A stretch of DNA of 63,231 nucleotides, filler included, from Octopus bimaculoides (taxonomy: Eukaryota), in the NCBI RefSeq assembly GCF_001194135.2. It is 8 parts of 5 records of this genome, joined end to end, with 100 filler letters (N's around TTAATTAATTAA, not from the genome) between each part and the next. Parts side by side here need not be neighbours in the genome. Positions count along the whole stretch, not along the records: positions 39,290 to 45,099 come from NC_068982.1; positions 45,200 to 57,941 come from NC_068982.1; 6 more parts are not named here. One strand, given 5' to 3'. Below the pieces are notes generated by a model. That model had not been told where the DNA came from and did not search any database. It saw only the letters and a program-made list of their open reading frames with translations. Positions 40,143 through 52,889 of the stretch are shown here, piece by piece. The position numbers were made by a program, and so were the translations under genes. The stretch's first letter is position 1; each line of letters opens with the position of its first letter.

Positions 40143-40566
40143 TCATTGCCCTTGCACAGCTTCTAACGCTGGCGATGTGCTATAGTGTCCGATATTCACT
40201 ACCAGTGAACTAAGGTAACACCTATTATTTTTCCAGCATATTCCGTATTATTCGAGTGGTTCCAAGCAGTGCTGTTTTCTGCAAATGCACCACCCTTATT
40301 GCAGCCCCTCTTTGTTCCACGATCTTCTCGAGATCTTTGCTCACTGTTCCCAGGGCTCCACAATTATTGGTACTACTGCTACAATTTTCATCTACCAGAA
40401 CTGCTTTACTTCCCAAGCTAACCTGTCATACCTCTCAAATTTTCTTTCTTCCTTATTGCATACCTTGTTGTCAGCTGGGCATGCTATATATATGATCCAG
40501 CATAATTTGTTTTCTTTCTCTATTAAGACTATGTCCGGCCTCCTATTCTCTATCTCATGGTCGCAC
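40143..40566 (-). mobile_element. R4/Dong-clade short 3' fragment (same subfamily as 22445)
   Basis: RRPDIVLIEKENK..ERYDRLAWEVK. The 3'UTR matches 22445-22520. (TAA)n at the 3' end, (CAA)n at the 5' end. Confidence 0.85.
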
Positions 40567-40895
40567 TGTTTGTTGTTGTTGTTGTTATGTATTTTTGCTA
40601 GCACTATTGTTGCACTTCTTGACCTTGTTATAGTTTATTTCAATGTTCTTACTTTTTAATGCATATTCAAGCTATGTTACTTATACTGTGTTTATGTGTC
40701 TTATTGGCACTGTTCGTATTTTTATTTACAATCGTAGAAACTAATTTCATACTATTTAATCTCTGTGTCTTTTTTCTGTCTATTAAGCTGTTAGTCTCTC
40801 AATTTGATTTTCTGTAGAAAGAACAATGTATTAACGGTGAAACGAGTACAGTTGTTGTAAATACCTGTCACCTGTTTCGATTGCCAGACCGGGCG

Positions 40896-40995
40896 TTATG
40901 TGTGTTTATTGAGCGAAAACATCTAAAGCTCCACGAGGCTCCGCCAGGGGGGGGGGGCATCCCCTGTTGTACTCTTTCGCCGCAACATTCTCACT
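40896..40995 (-). mobile_element. SINE-like family A 3' fragment
   Basis: Matches 1-115. Confidence 0.7.
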
Positions 40996-42366
40996 CTTTC
41001 TTCCTGTTTGCTGATCTGAGAGGCCTGAGTGATAATAACAGGTTAATACTACACTCTGAGGCTAGAATTATATTTCTCATATAAATACATGGAAGTACAT
41101 CAAAATTTCTTCATACTGCTCGCCATTTTATTACCTACTTAGTATGGCACATGTGTGTGTGCGTACTCATTTTTACCTGGACAATTAATACATATTGCAC
41201 ATATATGCAAACAAAAAAGAGAGATATGCCGTAATATGGAAATAAATTCTAAAATTATATCGAAAATAAAGACATCTTTATATTTTTAGCAAATTTAATT
41301 TCTCCATCTCACCGAAAAGAAACTTAAAAGTGCTTGAAATTAAACTTTAGATCGGATTTTCACTCAACACATCCTTATGATGATTATGATTAAGCAGAAG
41401 AAACTATTTTCTTCTTTGATTCACTTTTCTCTTTTTAATTTTTAAAGCAAATATTTAATCTACATTATTCAAATATAGTAGACAGAAATTTTGTTGCAGT
41501 ATTTTCAATCAATATTTTTTGTAAATTTTTCAGTTATCGTGAAACAGCATCCATTACTAGCCAATTTTCTGTATTTTTTTCCCTTTCTTCATTTTAGTTG
41601 TTATTGCTTATGCTGTGGTGACATAACTTTAATTAGCTTTGTGAAAATTTAGTGAAACACATACCAAAATTTATAATGTATTTTTCTCATAAAACTCTCA
41701 TTCATATTTTCTAATATGATAAAAACAAAACAAAATTAATTTTATTTTATCTCAATTAAATTATAAACAATTTTTTGGTCGTTTTAATAATTTTGAAAAA
41801 TCAATGCCAACACGAATTACAAGGTATCTGAAAATTAGTATTTCTTCCAATAATATTACATTCCAAATAATTCTAATGCTTAAAATGTATTCGCTCCAAA
41901 ACTGATGCAAATATTCCAGTCAATGATTTATATCCCTTTCGAAATGGAATTTTTCATTTAAAAAATATGTAACACTATCAAGAGATGTATAATGTGCATC
42001 AGGAAAGCATTTTAAACGACACTTAATCAGTCGCTATTTCAAAATATACAAATAATTAAGATGCATTGTTAACGCAAAACATACATTTTGTGTATAAAAT
42101 AACAATTTCAGGTCAGTTAAAATGGTTGTGTCTTATTTCAAGTTCTAAAGTTCTAAAGGCAAATATACATATAAATATGTATATCATCGTAAATATACAG
42201 GGATTAGCATTGAGTTGCTTCTCCAACATACTGAAAATTTAGAAATAGCAGTCAAAAAACTACTGATTCTAAACTACAAATTTTTCTCTAAATGGATGGC
42301 GATATTTATGGCGCACATAGAACAAAAAACCAGAGTGAAAAGCAAAAACAAACCTGCCTTTAGTTA

Positions 42367-42424
42367 ATTGGATACGAACGTTTCGCGGTTAAGATATTAA
42401 TCTATTCCGTCTCATCAGCCCAAT
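42367..42424 (-). ncRNA. Type I hammerhead ribozyme motif
   Basis: Minus strand: ATTGGG-CTGATGA-G(A)CGG..CCGC-GAAA-CGTTCG-TA-TCCAAT. Confidence 0.72.
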
Positions 42425-43344
42425 ATTCTGATAAATCTGAAAGTGTCTCTAAAAAAATTCACGGTAATTTCTGGCCATGCGACGCCGTTTTTTTCATACT
42501 GAACTACTTGNNNNNNNNNNNNNNNNNNNNNNNNNNNNNNNNNNNNNNNNNNNNNNNNNNNNNNNNNNNNNNNNNNNNNNNNNNNNNNNNNNNNNNNNNN
42601 NNNNNNNNNNNNNNNNNNNNNNNNNNNNNNNNNNNNNNNNNNNNNNNNNNNNNNNNNNNNNNNNNNNNNNNNNNNNNNNNNNNNNNNNNNNNNNNNNNNN
42701 NNNNNNNNNNNNNNNNNNNNNNNNNNNNNNNNNNNNNNNNNNNNNNNNNNNNNNNNNNNNNNNNNNNNNNNNNNNNNNNNNNNNNNNNNNNNNNNNNNNN
42801 NNNNNNNNNNNNNNNNNNNNNNNNNNNNNNNNNNNNNNNNNNNNNNNNNNNNNNNNNNNNNNNNNNNNNNNNNNNNNNNNNNNNNNNNNNNNNNNNNNNN
42901 NNNNNNNNNNNNNNNNNNNNNNNNNNNNNNNNNNNNNNNNNNNNNNNNNNNNNNNNNNNNNNNNNNNNNNNNNNNNNNNNNNNNNNNNNNNNNNNNNNNN
43001 NNNNNNNNNNNNNNNNNNNNNNNNNNNNNNNNNNNNNNNNNNNNNNNNNNNNNNNNNNNNNNNNNNNNNNNNNNNNNNNNNNNNNNNNNNNNNNNNNNNN
43101 NNNNNNNNNNNNNNNNNNNNNNNNNNNNNNNNNNNNNNNNNNNNNNNNNNNNNNNNNNNNNNNNNNNNNNNNNNNNNNNNNNNNNNNNNNNNNNNNNNNN
43201 NNNNNNNNNNNNNNNNNNNNNNNNNNNNNNNNNNNNNNNNNNNNNNNNNNNNNNNNNNNNNNNNNNNNNNNNNNNNNNNNNNNNNNNNNNNNNNNNNNNN
43301 NNNNNNNNNNNNNNNNNNNNNNNNATAAGAAGGAAGGAAACAAA

Positions 43345-43389
43345 GGACCACTGATGAGGTCACAGAAGTGTGACGAAAGAACTCTGGCC
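43345..43389 (+). ncRNA. Minimal type I hammerhead motif with an extra base after A9
   Basis: GG(A)CCA-CTGATGA-G-GTCAC(AGAAGT)GTGAC-GAAA-GAAC-TC-TGGCC. Confidence 0.55.
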
Positions 43390-44464
43390 GAAATAAGATT
43401 AAGATTAATGTAATATAAAGCTGAAGCAAATTAACACCAAATATACAGTGCGTGTGTTTTTATTGGCTAAACTGGCAATATGACCATCCCCAAGTACAAC
43501 AACATCTGTTTCAACACACGATTTCACATCAAAAATCTTGCAAAACAAATATATATATATATATTTATATATAAATTGTAAATCCAAAACAAAAAAATAA
43601 ATTGTAAATCCCAAAAAATAAAAAAAATAAAAAAATAAAAAATAAAATTGTAAATAAAAAAAAAATGGATTTACAATTTATTCTTTCACCGCAACCACTA
43701 GCTGGAATACACAGGTGCTTACAATTGTCAAGTATTACCTCTAAATTTCAATTTATATTTATATATAGATAGATAGATATGCACATACGTATATATGTAC
43801 ATTCTATTACACCATGAAATAGATCACATAGAGTATTGAAGTGAGTGAGACGTTACACACATACCTTCTGTTTCCAAAGTGGATGTACAAGGTTCTTCAC
43901 AAAATAGGAAACGGAATGTCTACGTTTTATGGAGCATAAACCCCGAACATTTTGCAATATTCTTAATACACACACTCACACATGGTCCTATGTATAAACG
44001 ATTAATAAGCAAGGTCTCTTACAGAACATTTGGAACTCTTCAAGCTATATTATATCATTGCCTAGTCGTTACTTTTCTTTAAGATCGTTTTGAAAGAATC
44101 ATTAATTCATAATGTGGCATGAAATGTAAACAGAACAACGAAACAGTATAAGATTGACAGCATTTATGCGACAAGACCCAATGTCACTTACCTTAAATGA
44201 TAATTCTAATATACTTCCCGCTCTACATTCCTTATTAACCCTTTTATAACGGTTGGCATAAATTTGCGCACGCAACGTACATGCTTTAAGTCGGTCGACA
44301 TAATCACACACCGCCTGACCTGGAATATGTGACCTGAGTTAGTATCAGTCCACCTGCTAAATGACAGGCCGATTAGATGTTTTATATGAATTTATAGTGG
44401 TCCTGCCACTTTGGGTGTGTTAAATTCGTCGTTGCGTTGTGTTTCGTCCAATTTATAGTCGTAG

Positions 44465-44531
44465 CGTCAAGCTACACCAAGCTCCACCACCTCTCCAGTT
44501 GTTTCTTCCGGTTCGGATGATATCTCGGAGA
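44465..44531 (+). other. Candidate upstream exon of the SKOR gene (5' boundary uncertain)
   Basis: GC-richer island ending in the donor GA|GTGAGT at 44532. Possible acceptor TAG at 44464, or a TSS just upstream. Confidence 0.3.
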
Positions 44532-44634
44532 GTGAGTATTTTCTTAATACAGAATCAGATGATACTGATAGCAATGATGATATACTTGTGAATCAAATAT
44601 ATAGGCGAGCAGCAATGAATATCTTTGCATGTAC

Positions 44635-45099
44635 GTAAGTACGTACGTAACTACGTATGTATGTAGGTATGTACGTACGTAACGACGTATGTATGTATGG
44701 ATGTACGTACGTACTTACGTATATATGTATGGATGTACGTACGTACCTACGTATGTATGTATGGATGTACGTACGCACCTACGTTTATATGTATGGATGT
44801 AAGTACGTCCCTACGTACGTATGCATGGATGTATCGATGTACGTACGTACCTACGTACGTACGTATACATAAACATACGTACCCGCGTGCGTACGTATGT
44901 ACATCCATACTTAGGTAGGTGGATAGGTGCCCACGTGGGTACGTGGGAACGTACCTACGTACGTATGTATGTATGGATTACGCACGTACCTACGTACGTA
45001 TGTATGAATGTACGTACATATGTATGTATGTACGTACGTACTTACGTACGTATGTATATATGTACGTACGTACATAGGTACATATGTATGGATGTACGT
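44635..45099. repeat. Complex (GTAC/GTAT)-derived satellite
   Basis: Recurring GTATGTATGGATGTACGTACGTAC-like units. Confidence 0.9.
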
Positions 45100-45199
45100 N
45101 NNNNNNNNNNNNNNNNNNNNNNNNNNNNNNNNNNNNNNNNNNNTTAATTAATTAANNNNNNNNNNNNNNNNNNNNNNNNNNNNNNNNNNNNNNNNNNNN

Positions 45200-45257
<58 letters not shown>

Positions 45258-45558
45258 TATATTATGTTACGTTAATATATAAACGTATCGGTGGTCATCT
45301 ATTTATGAGGCATTAATACATACATACTTATATGCAGTTTATATGTATATACATAAACATGCTTGTATGCTTGTGTGTATGTATATATCTTTGTATGCAT
45401 CTACGTATGTCTACATCTATGGTATGTACTTGCGTTCATTTGTTAGACAAGAGATAATATACGGGAAAGATAGGTTATACTAAGTACTGTGCACTCCTTC
45501 TGTTCACGAATAAATGAATAGTTAGATAAATAAATAAATAAATATATTTGTGTGTATA

Positions 45559-45608
<50 letters not shown>

Positions 45609-46392
45609 NNNNNNNNNNNNNNNNNNNNNNNNNNNNNNNNNNNNNNNNNNNNNNNNNNNNNNNNNNNNNNNNNNNNNNNNNNNNNNNNNNNNNNNNNNNN
45701 NNNNNNNNNNNNNNNNNNNNNNNNNNNNNNNNNNNNNNNNNNNNNNNNNNNNNNNNNNNNNNNNNNNNNNNNNNNNNNNNNNNNNNNNNNNNNNNNNNNN
45801 NNNNNNNNNNNNNNNNNNNNNNNNNNNNNNNNNNNNNNNNNNNNNNNNNNNNNNNNNNNNNNNNNNNNNNNNNNNNNNNNNNNNNNNNNNNNNNNNNNNN
45901 NNNNNNNNNNNNNNNNNNNNNNNNNNNNNNNNNNNNNNNNNNNNNNNNNNNNNNNNNNNNNNNNNNNNNNNNNNNNNNNNNNNNNNNNNNNNNNNNNNNN
46001 NNNNNNNNNNNNNNNNNNNNNNNNNNNNNNNNNNNNNNNNNNNNNNNNNNNNNNNNNNNNNNNNNNNNNNNNNNNNNNNNNNNNNNNNNNNNNNNNNNNN
46101 NNNNNNNNNNNNNNNNNNNNNNNNNNNNNNNNNNNNNNNNNNNNNNNNNNNNNNNNNNNNNNNNNNNNNNNNNNNNNNNNNNNNNNNNNNNNNNNNNNNN
46201 NNNNNNNNNNNNNNNNNNNNNNNNNNNNNNNNNNNNNNNNNNNNNNNNNNNNNNNNNNNNNNNNNNNNNNNNNNNNNNNNNNNNNNNNNNNNNTATATAT
46301 ATGGTCATATTGCCAGTTTAGCCAATAAAAACACACGCACTGTATATTTGGTGTTAATTTGCTTCAGCTTTATATTACATTAATCTTAATCT

Positions 46393-46423
<31 letters not shown>

Positions 46424-46683
46424 ACAAACATACATATGCATTATTCATATATGCACGTAAATATGTATATACATGTATGCCTGCACACACACACACACAC
46501 ACACATACAGAATCTAATGACGACTGGTTGGTCGAAACTTCGAAATCACTATCAAACTTTTCCTTGTAAGAATTATTATTATATATACACAAATATAATA
46601 CATGTATGTAATATATGAGAGAATGCATGTTTGTGTGCATGGAAGTATGCATGTAGGTGTGTGTATATATGTACATATATTAC

Positions 46684-46749
<66 letters not shown>

Positions 46750-46790
46750 TCACTATCTCACCATGTCTACTATTCTATCTCTCTTCATAG

Positions 46791-47400
46791 TAACAGCAAC
46801 AGCACCACCACCACCAACAACAACAACAACTACAACACAATCACGATCACCAACAACAACAATGGACAATTACGATTCGAACGAGACAGAAGCTCATATT
46901 TCCGGAGACCCAGCCGCCATCGACTACGAGATCAACAGGGACCTTCTTTTCATGGGCAGAAAACACGCGGTTGATGACGACCACGTTAGTGGCTTATCCG
47001 GAAAACATTCGACGGAGATTCCCGAGAACGATGTCGGAGTTGTTGTTATGTTCGGCACACCGATCATCTCTCTGTATGTCGAAGGCAAAGAAAGACTGTG
47101 CTTGGCGCAGATCTCGAACACTCTGCTTCGTCAGTTCAGTTACAATGAAATCCACAATCGACGCGTAGCCCTGGGTATCACTTGCATGCAGTGCACCCCG
47201 ATTCAACTGGAAATTCTCAGAAGACTTGGTGCCATGCCAGTGTCGTCTCGACGTTGTGGGTTGATAACCAGACGAGAAGCCGAACGTCTGGTAAAGTCAT
47301 TCCTCGAAGACAACTCACCGCCGACACTACCAGACAATTTTTACTTCAAAGTTTACCATAAATGTGGCTGGGGATCTCAAGGACACTTCATTCCGACAAG
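46791..47400 (+). CDS. SKOR: SKOR/fussel Ski-family corepressor, exon encoding the Dachshund-homology (Ski/Sno) domain; probable start ATG 46862 (alternative 46763)
   Basis: PIISLYVEGKERLCLAQISNTLLRQFSYNEIHNRRVALGITCMQCTPIQLEILRRLGAMPVSSRRCGLITRREAERLVKSFL..LPDNF..HKCGWG, the SKOR1/2 signature. Pyrimidine-rich acceptor CATAG| at 46790; donor AG|GTATTG at 47401 (phase 2). Confidence 0.93.
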
Positions 47401-47448
47401 GTATTGTTACCATTTTGGTTTTTCCCTCACGCCACATCCAAGTTAATT

Positions 47449-47481
<33 letters not shown>

Positions 47482-47780
47482 CGTGCGCGCACGTATGCGT
47501 GCATGTGTCTGTGTGTGTGTATGTGTATGTGTTATGTATGTATGATTTTTCTTTGAGTTTTGTTTAAGTTCTTCAGAGAGTTGAAGCCGGTCGCTAACAA
47601 AGCGACAAGATTTTTTGAGTTGAGAGTTTCCGCTGTGCGTCGAGTTGATATGTATGTATGTATGTATGTATCCATGTACTTATGTACGTACGTATATGTA
47701 TGTATGGATGCATGTACGTGTATGTGTGTGTTATTGATATGTATGTATGTATACACTTACGTACGTATGTGGATATGTCC

Positions 47781-47812
<32 letters not shown>

Positions 47813-47827
47813 ATGTATACATACATC

Positions 47828-47866
<39 letters not shown>

Positions 47867-47993
47867 GTAGAAATGTATATATGAATTTTTTGTATGGTGT
47901 ATCTATGTATGTATGTGTAAGTATGAGTGTGTGTGTGCATCTGTGAGTATTTATGTATATGTGTATGTATGTGTGTATATATATGTGTATGTG

Positions 47994-48060
<67 letters not shown>

Positions 48061-49998
48061 GAGAGAAAGAAAGAGACAGACAGAAATAACACACTTTCCT
48101 CATTTTTTGTGTTCTTCATATCTTTTTTTCATGTTTGTCTTTTTCATTTCCTTTCTTCTTTTCTTTTGATAATTTTTTTTTTTTTTGTTTTCCTTTCTGT
48201 CATTCTTTTCATTTTATTGATATATATTTATTCCTTTCTTTACGCTTTTTTTTCAAAAATTTATTTTATCTATATTTTGAATTAACTAATTGAATTAATT
48301 CTTAATTACTTAATTAGATTACGCTCGTTCTTTTTCTTTTGTTCTTGGTTCTGTTTTATTCTTTCTCTTTTTCTTCCCTCCATATTTATTTATATCCCAA
48401 CGGGCTGGCATCATTCGAAAAACTACAACAATGCGAGAAAGCGCATTGTGACCAGCGGTGTATAACGTCATCCGATAGTATGGTCGCTGTAGTAATACAG
48501 TGATATCTATGTAGTTATGTATTTTATTTTTATTTATTTGAATAACTATATCCCATTTAACACTGCTTCAATTAATTAATTTCAATCAATATCATTCATC
48601 TTCTTTCGCGCCGAGTTCAAACCCAGTCGAGGTCAACTTTGCGTTTCATCGTAAAGTAACAGCGAAATAACGGAGTTGATTAAATCTACAAACAAGATCT
48701 CCTGAAATTTGCGGCCTTTTTGCCACTACCTGAAATCAATATAATTGATCCCATGTCTTATAACTGTTAAATATACTCGATAGTCCCGAGACAGACCGCT
48801 GGTGGTTTTCCTGCTCGGGAAGAATGAACAATGAGACAGCTGTTCCCCAGCATGGTCATAGCTAATTGTCTGTAATCAGCAGAAAAGTAATTGATACATT
48901 CGTGGAAATAAATTAAAAGCAAAATACATTGGCTGCTAATTGAAATCAAATCAAACAGTTGTATACAGTTGGCTTCCAAACATACTATATCTTGTGGATG
49001 CTATGTAGGGCAATGAAGATGAACAAGTTGATATAACGTCGGTCTTAATATAATTTTAGGTGCATTTATTTTTTATGATTCTGGATTCAAATTCTGCTAT
49101 AGCCGCCTTTACATTTAATTAATATGTAGTTCGGAAGAGGTCTTTCATTGACACATGAACTGAACCAGGACAAATGTGGCCCTTCAGCTCTCTAGCTGCT
49201 TATGTAAGAGAAGGTAACTCCATATATACTTTGCATCCTGATAATTACTGGCCTCGTAACATTTGTTGCACCAGACCAATACAAATTTGAAGGACGAAAG
49301 AGTGGGTCTGGTTCTGCACAAACCATGCCCACAATAATTATATTCATCGTGTAGGTTGTACAGCTAAAACACAAACACCAACGCCAACCTCACGCTTTCT
49401 TCATTAGCCCAGAGGTGATAGGGAAAGAGGAGACGGGAGACAGATAGAGGATGCTACAGGAAATCTTCAGTTTTGACTTTGCACACATATAGCCATAGGA
49501 TGATGGCTGTTTATCCATAGATTTGGGGAGATGTGGATTTTGCACCATTTTAAGGGGACAGAACAGATCTCATTAGGTGCAGCTGTTGAACCCTCGTTTG
49601 TCGAAGCGACGAGAGTCTACTAGTCATGAAACAGTATTTCTAGAAGTTTGGAATCTTTTCCATCGTCTATAAAGTAGTGTTAAGTTCCTAGTTGATTACT
49701 TTCATCTTATTTACTAGTCGTGCCGCCAATTTCCGGTTATACCATTAGTTTGAAAAATGAGGGGGCTCCCTTAGTTTGACTTATCTTTACAATACTACTT
49801 GTTGACGAAGGTTTCGGTAATTATCTTGCGACCATTGAAACTTCGGAGATGTTTTTATACATGTTCTTTCTATGATTGAAGTATTGCCTAGCATTACAAT
49901 ATTTTGTAGATATCCAAACTACTCTTCTTTGGTTTAAAGCAAAATCGTAATTTATCCTGTTTTTTTATCAAATTGTTTATATTTTTATTCCGTTGCAG

Positions 49999-51133
49999 AT
50001 ACAACAGCTCCCGAGCAAAGTGCATCAAGTGCATCTATTGCAATGTGTTTTTCTCCCCAAACAAATTTATATTCCATTTTCATCGTCTGCCAAATACGGT
50101 GTACAGACATGCCGACGCTGCAAACTTCAATTCTTGGCGCAAACATCTTCACTTGGCTGAGCCTCTCCCCTCAGAAGATATTATTCATGCTTGGGAAGAC
50201 GTCAAAGCCATGTTCAATGGGGGTAGCCGCAAGAGACTTGGCGGCACTCTGCAATTGGACCCGAAGACAAAGAGTAAAGACGTAGGTTTTGTTCCTTACT
50301 CCCAAAAAGAGAATTCTGGAGATGTCGACGTTCCTATATCCCTGGCCGAAAGGTTTCACACGGCTCCTTCTTATCCTGTAAACCCTGTATACAACACAGC
50401 TGCTTCTTCACTATTAACAAGGACCCACCCCGCTTTCCCTAAACCACGTGTTCCGACAAGTTATGGAGACTTCTTCAGGTCTCTAAGTGCCCCTTATAGC
50501 ATGTGGTGGATGAAATATGCACCGCTATCGGCTGGTTACAATATCAATCAGCTTCCAAGGCCTCCCTTGGAAATACCTGGAATGTCTCAACCGTGGTTAC
50601 CAAATTTAAAAAACATCCCAGACCTCAACATATCACCGGATGTCAATAGCAAAACGCCTTTGAAATATAACCCCTGTGACTATGGAGACCAGTGGAACTG
50701 GTACGGACTGATGCCGAACCATTTCCAAACCCAGCACGCAGCAAACTCTTTCGACAGGCCCGACTTAGAAAGCAATATCTGCAGTATGAAAAAACACTAC
50801 GATGATGAAATAAACGTGACCAGCAACACATGCAAACACCAACCTAGTCACAGTAATAACAGTAACAATAGTAATAACAGCAACAGTAGTAGTAGCAGCA
50901 GCAGCAATGCTCCAAACACAGACGATAGAAAAATACTGTCAGTCCACCATGATGACTTGAATAGCGATAACTGTTCGTATTTCGATGAGAATGAAACAGA
51001 AGTATCGAGTCCGAAATATTCCAGAAGAGATTCTGATCATGTGAATATTCGGTCATCGTTTTCTCCGGTAGGTGAACCGGCACAACATTTAACCAATCAG
51101 AAGGAACCCAAAAAAGACGCATTTACCTTAAAG
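49999..51133 (+). CDS. SKOR: SKOR exon encoding the SAND-like (Smad4-binding) domain and a low-complexity region
   Basis: Acceptor TTGCAG| at 49998 restores R-YNSSRAKCIKCIYCNVFFSPNKFIFHFH..DAANFNSWRKHL..WEDVKAMFNGGSRKR. Donor AAG|GTGAGA at 51134 (phase 0). Confidence 0.92.
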
Positions 51134-51274
51134 GTGAGATATATTTTTCATATATTTTGAAGTAAAGCATTCACGTTGGATAGCTAGCACAGAACCAAAC
51201 TAATTAATGCAGTCACTTACTTACACATACACACACACACTTACACACACACTTACACACACCCTATGTGTGTG

Positions 51275-51321
<47 letters not shown>

Positions 51322-51865
51322 NNNNNNNNNNNNNNNNNNNNNNNNNNNNNNNNNNNNNNNNNNNNNNNNNNNNNNNNNNNNNNNNNNNNNNNNNNNNNNN
51401 NNNNNNNNNNNNNNNNNNNNNNNNNNNNNNNNNNNNNNNNNNNNNNNNNNNNNNNNNNNNNNNNNNNNNNNNNNNNNNNNNNNNNNNNNNNNNNNNNNNN
51501 NNNNNNNNNNNNNNNNNNNNNNNNNNNNNNNNNNNNNNNNNNNNNNNNNNNNNNNNNNNNNNNNNNNNNNNNNNNNNNNNNNNNNNNNNNNNNNNNNNNN
51601 NNNNNNNNNNNNNNNNNNNNNNNNNNNNNNNNNNNNNNNNNNNNNNNNNNNNNNNNNNNNNNNNNNNNNNNNNNNNNNNNNNNNNNNNNNNNNNNNNNNN
51701 NNNNNNNNNNNNNNNNNNNNNNNNNNNNNNNNNNNNNNNNNNNNNNNNNNNNNNNNNNNNNNNNNNNNNNNNNNNNNNNNNNNNNNNNNNNNNNNNNNNN
51801 NNNNNNNNNNNNNNNNNNNNNNNNNNNNNNNNNNNNNNNNNNNNNNNNNNNNNNNNNNNNNNNNN

Positions 51866-51912
<47 letters not shown>

Positions 51913-52639
51913 ATGTATTCATGCGTATCAAAGGGTTTTTTAACCCAGTATTTACTCGCTATTATTTGTAACTTTATCTGCTTCGAGACCTACCGTTCCA
52001 AGCAGAATTATTGTACATATACATATATGTATAGTTTAATGTTCCGTTAAGGTAAGATCAACAAGAAAGTAATCCACCCAGTGAGAGGTAAATATCATTT
52101 AATGTACACAGTATAAAGACACGCGCTATTAATAGTTTCTTGCTGTGGAAACATGTGTCTAGGCAGGTTTTATAACACGCTAGACACGTGTTTCCACAGC
52201 AAGAAGCTATTAGTAGCTCGTATCTTTATACTGTGTATATTAAATGACATATATCTGCATACACGCGCACGCGCAAAGATATAAAATATATGCATGTATG
52301 CATGTATATGTGTGTGTATATATCTATGCATATAGATACATAGGTACAAATATACATACAAACGCACGCACACGCACGCACGCACATATATATACATATA
52401 TATATATAGTTATGTACACACACACACACACACACTCACATATATATATATATATATATAGCATGATCAAAACATATAAAAATAATTTTGACCATACTAT
52501 ACTGATGATCGAAAGTTACATATTGTTGTAATAATCGTGAAATCGTTCGATATATATGTGTGTGTGTGTGTGTATGTTTGTATGTGTGTGTTTGTATGTG
52601 TGTGTTTGTTTGTGTGTGTGGATTTATATATATATATAT

Positions 52640-52889
52640 CGTTGCTATTATGTTAAACTGTCGTATGTACAAATTTGGCCAAATGCGTTTTTTTTTCAAT
52701 ATCTATTTTTGCGTGCAATAGCCGGTTCTTTTGGTCAAACTATGGTATCTCCAGCTGCTTCAGATGCGAAGATATCAAAAATTGTCAAAGTGTAGTACAA
52801 CGGTTTTGCTATAGAATGGTGGAACTATTTTTTTCATTTTCTCACAAACCAACGTTTTGGGCATGCGACACTTTTGCATAATAGCAACG
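52640..52889. mobile_element. 250-bp MITE inserted in (TA)n
   Basis: Perfect 13-bp TIR CGTTGCTATTATG / CATAATAGCAACG, extending imperfectly to ~34 bp. TA repeats on both sides. Confidence 0.75.

Noticed and set aside
46631-46762. N-terminal extension of the SKOR ORF through (TA)n/(TG)n
   Set aside because: Microsatellite read-through upstream of a good acceptor and a good ATG.
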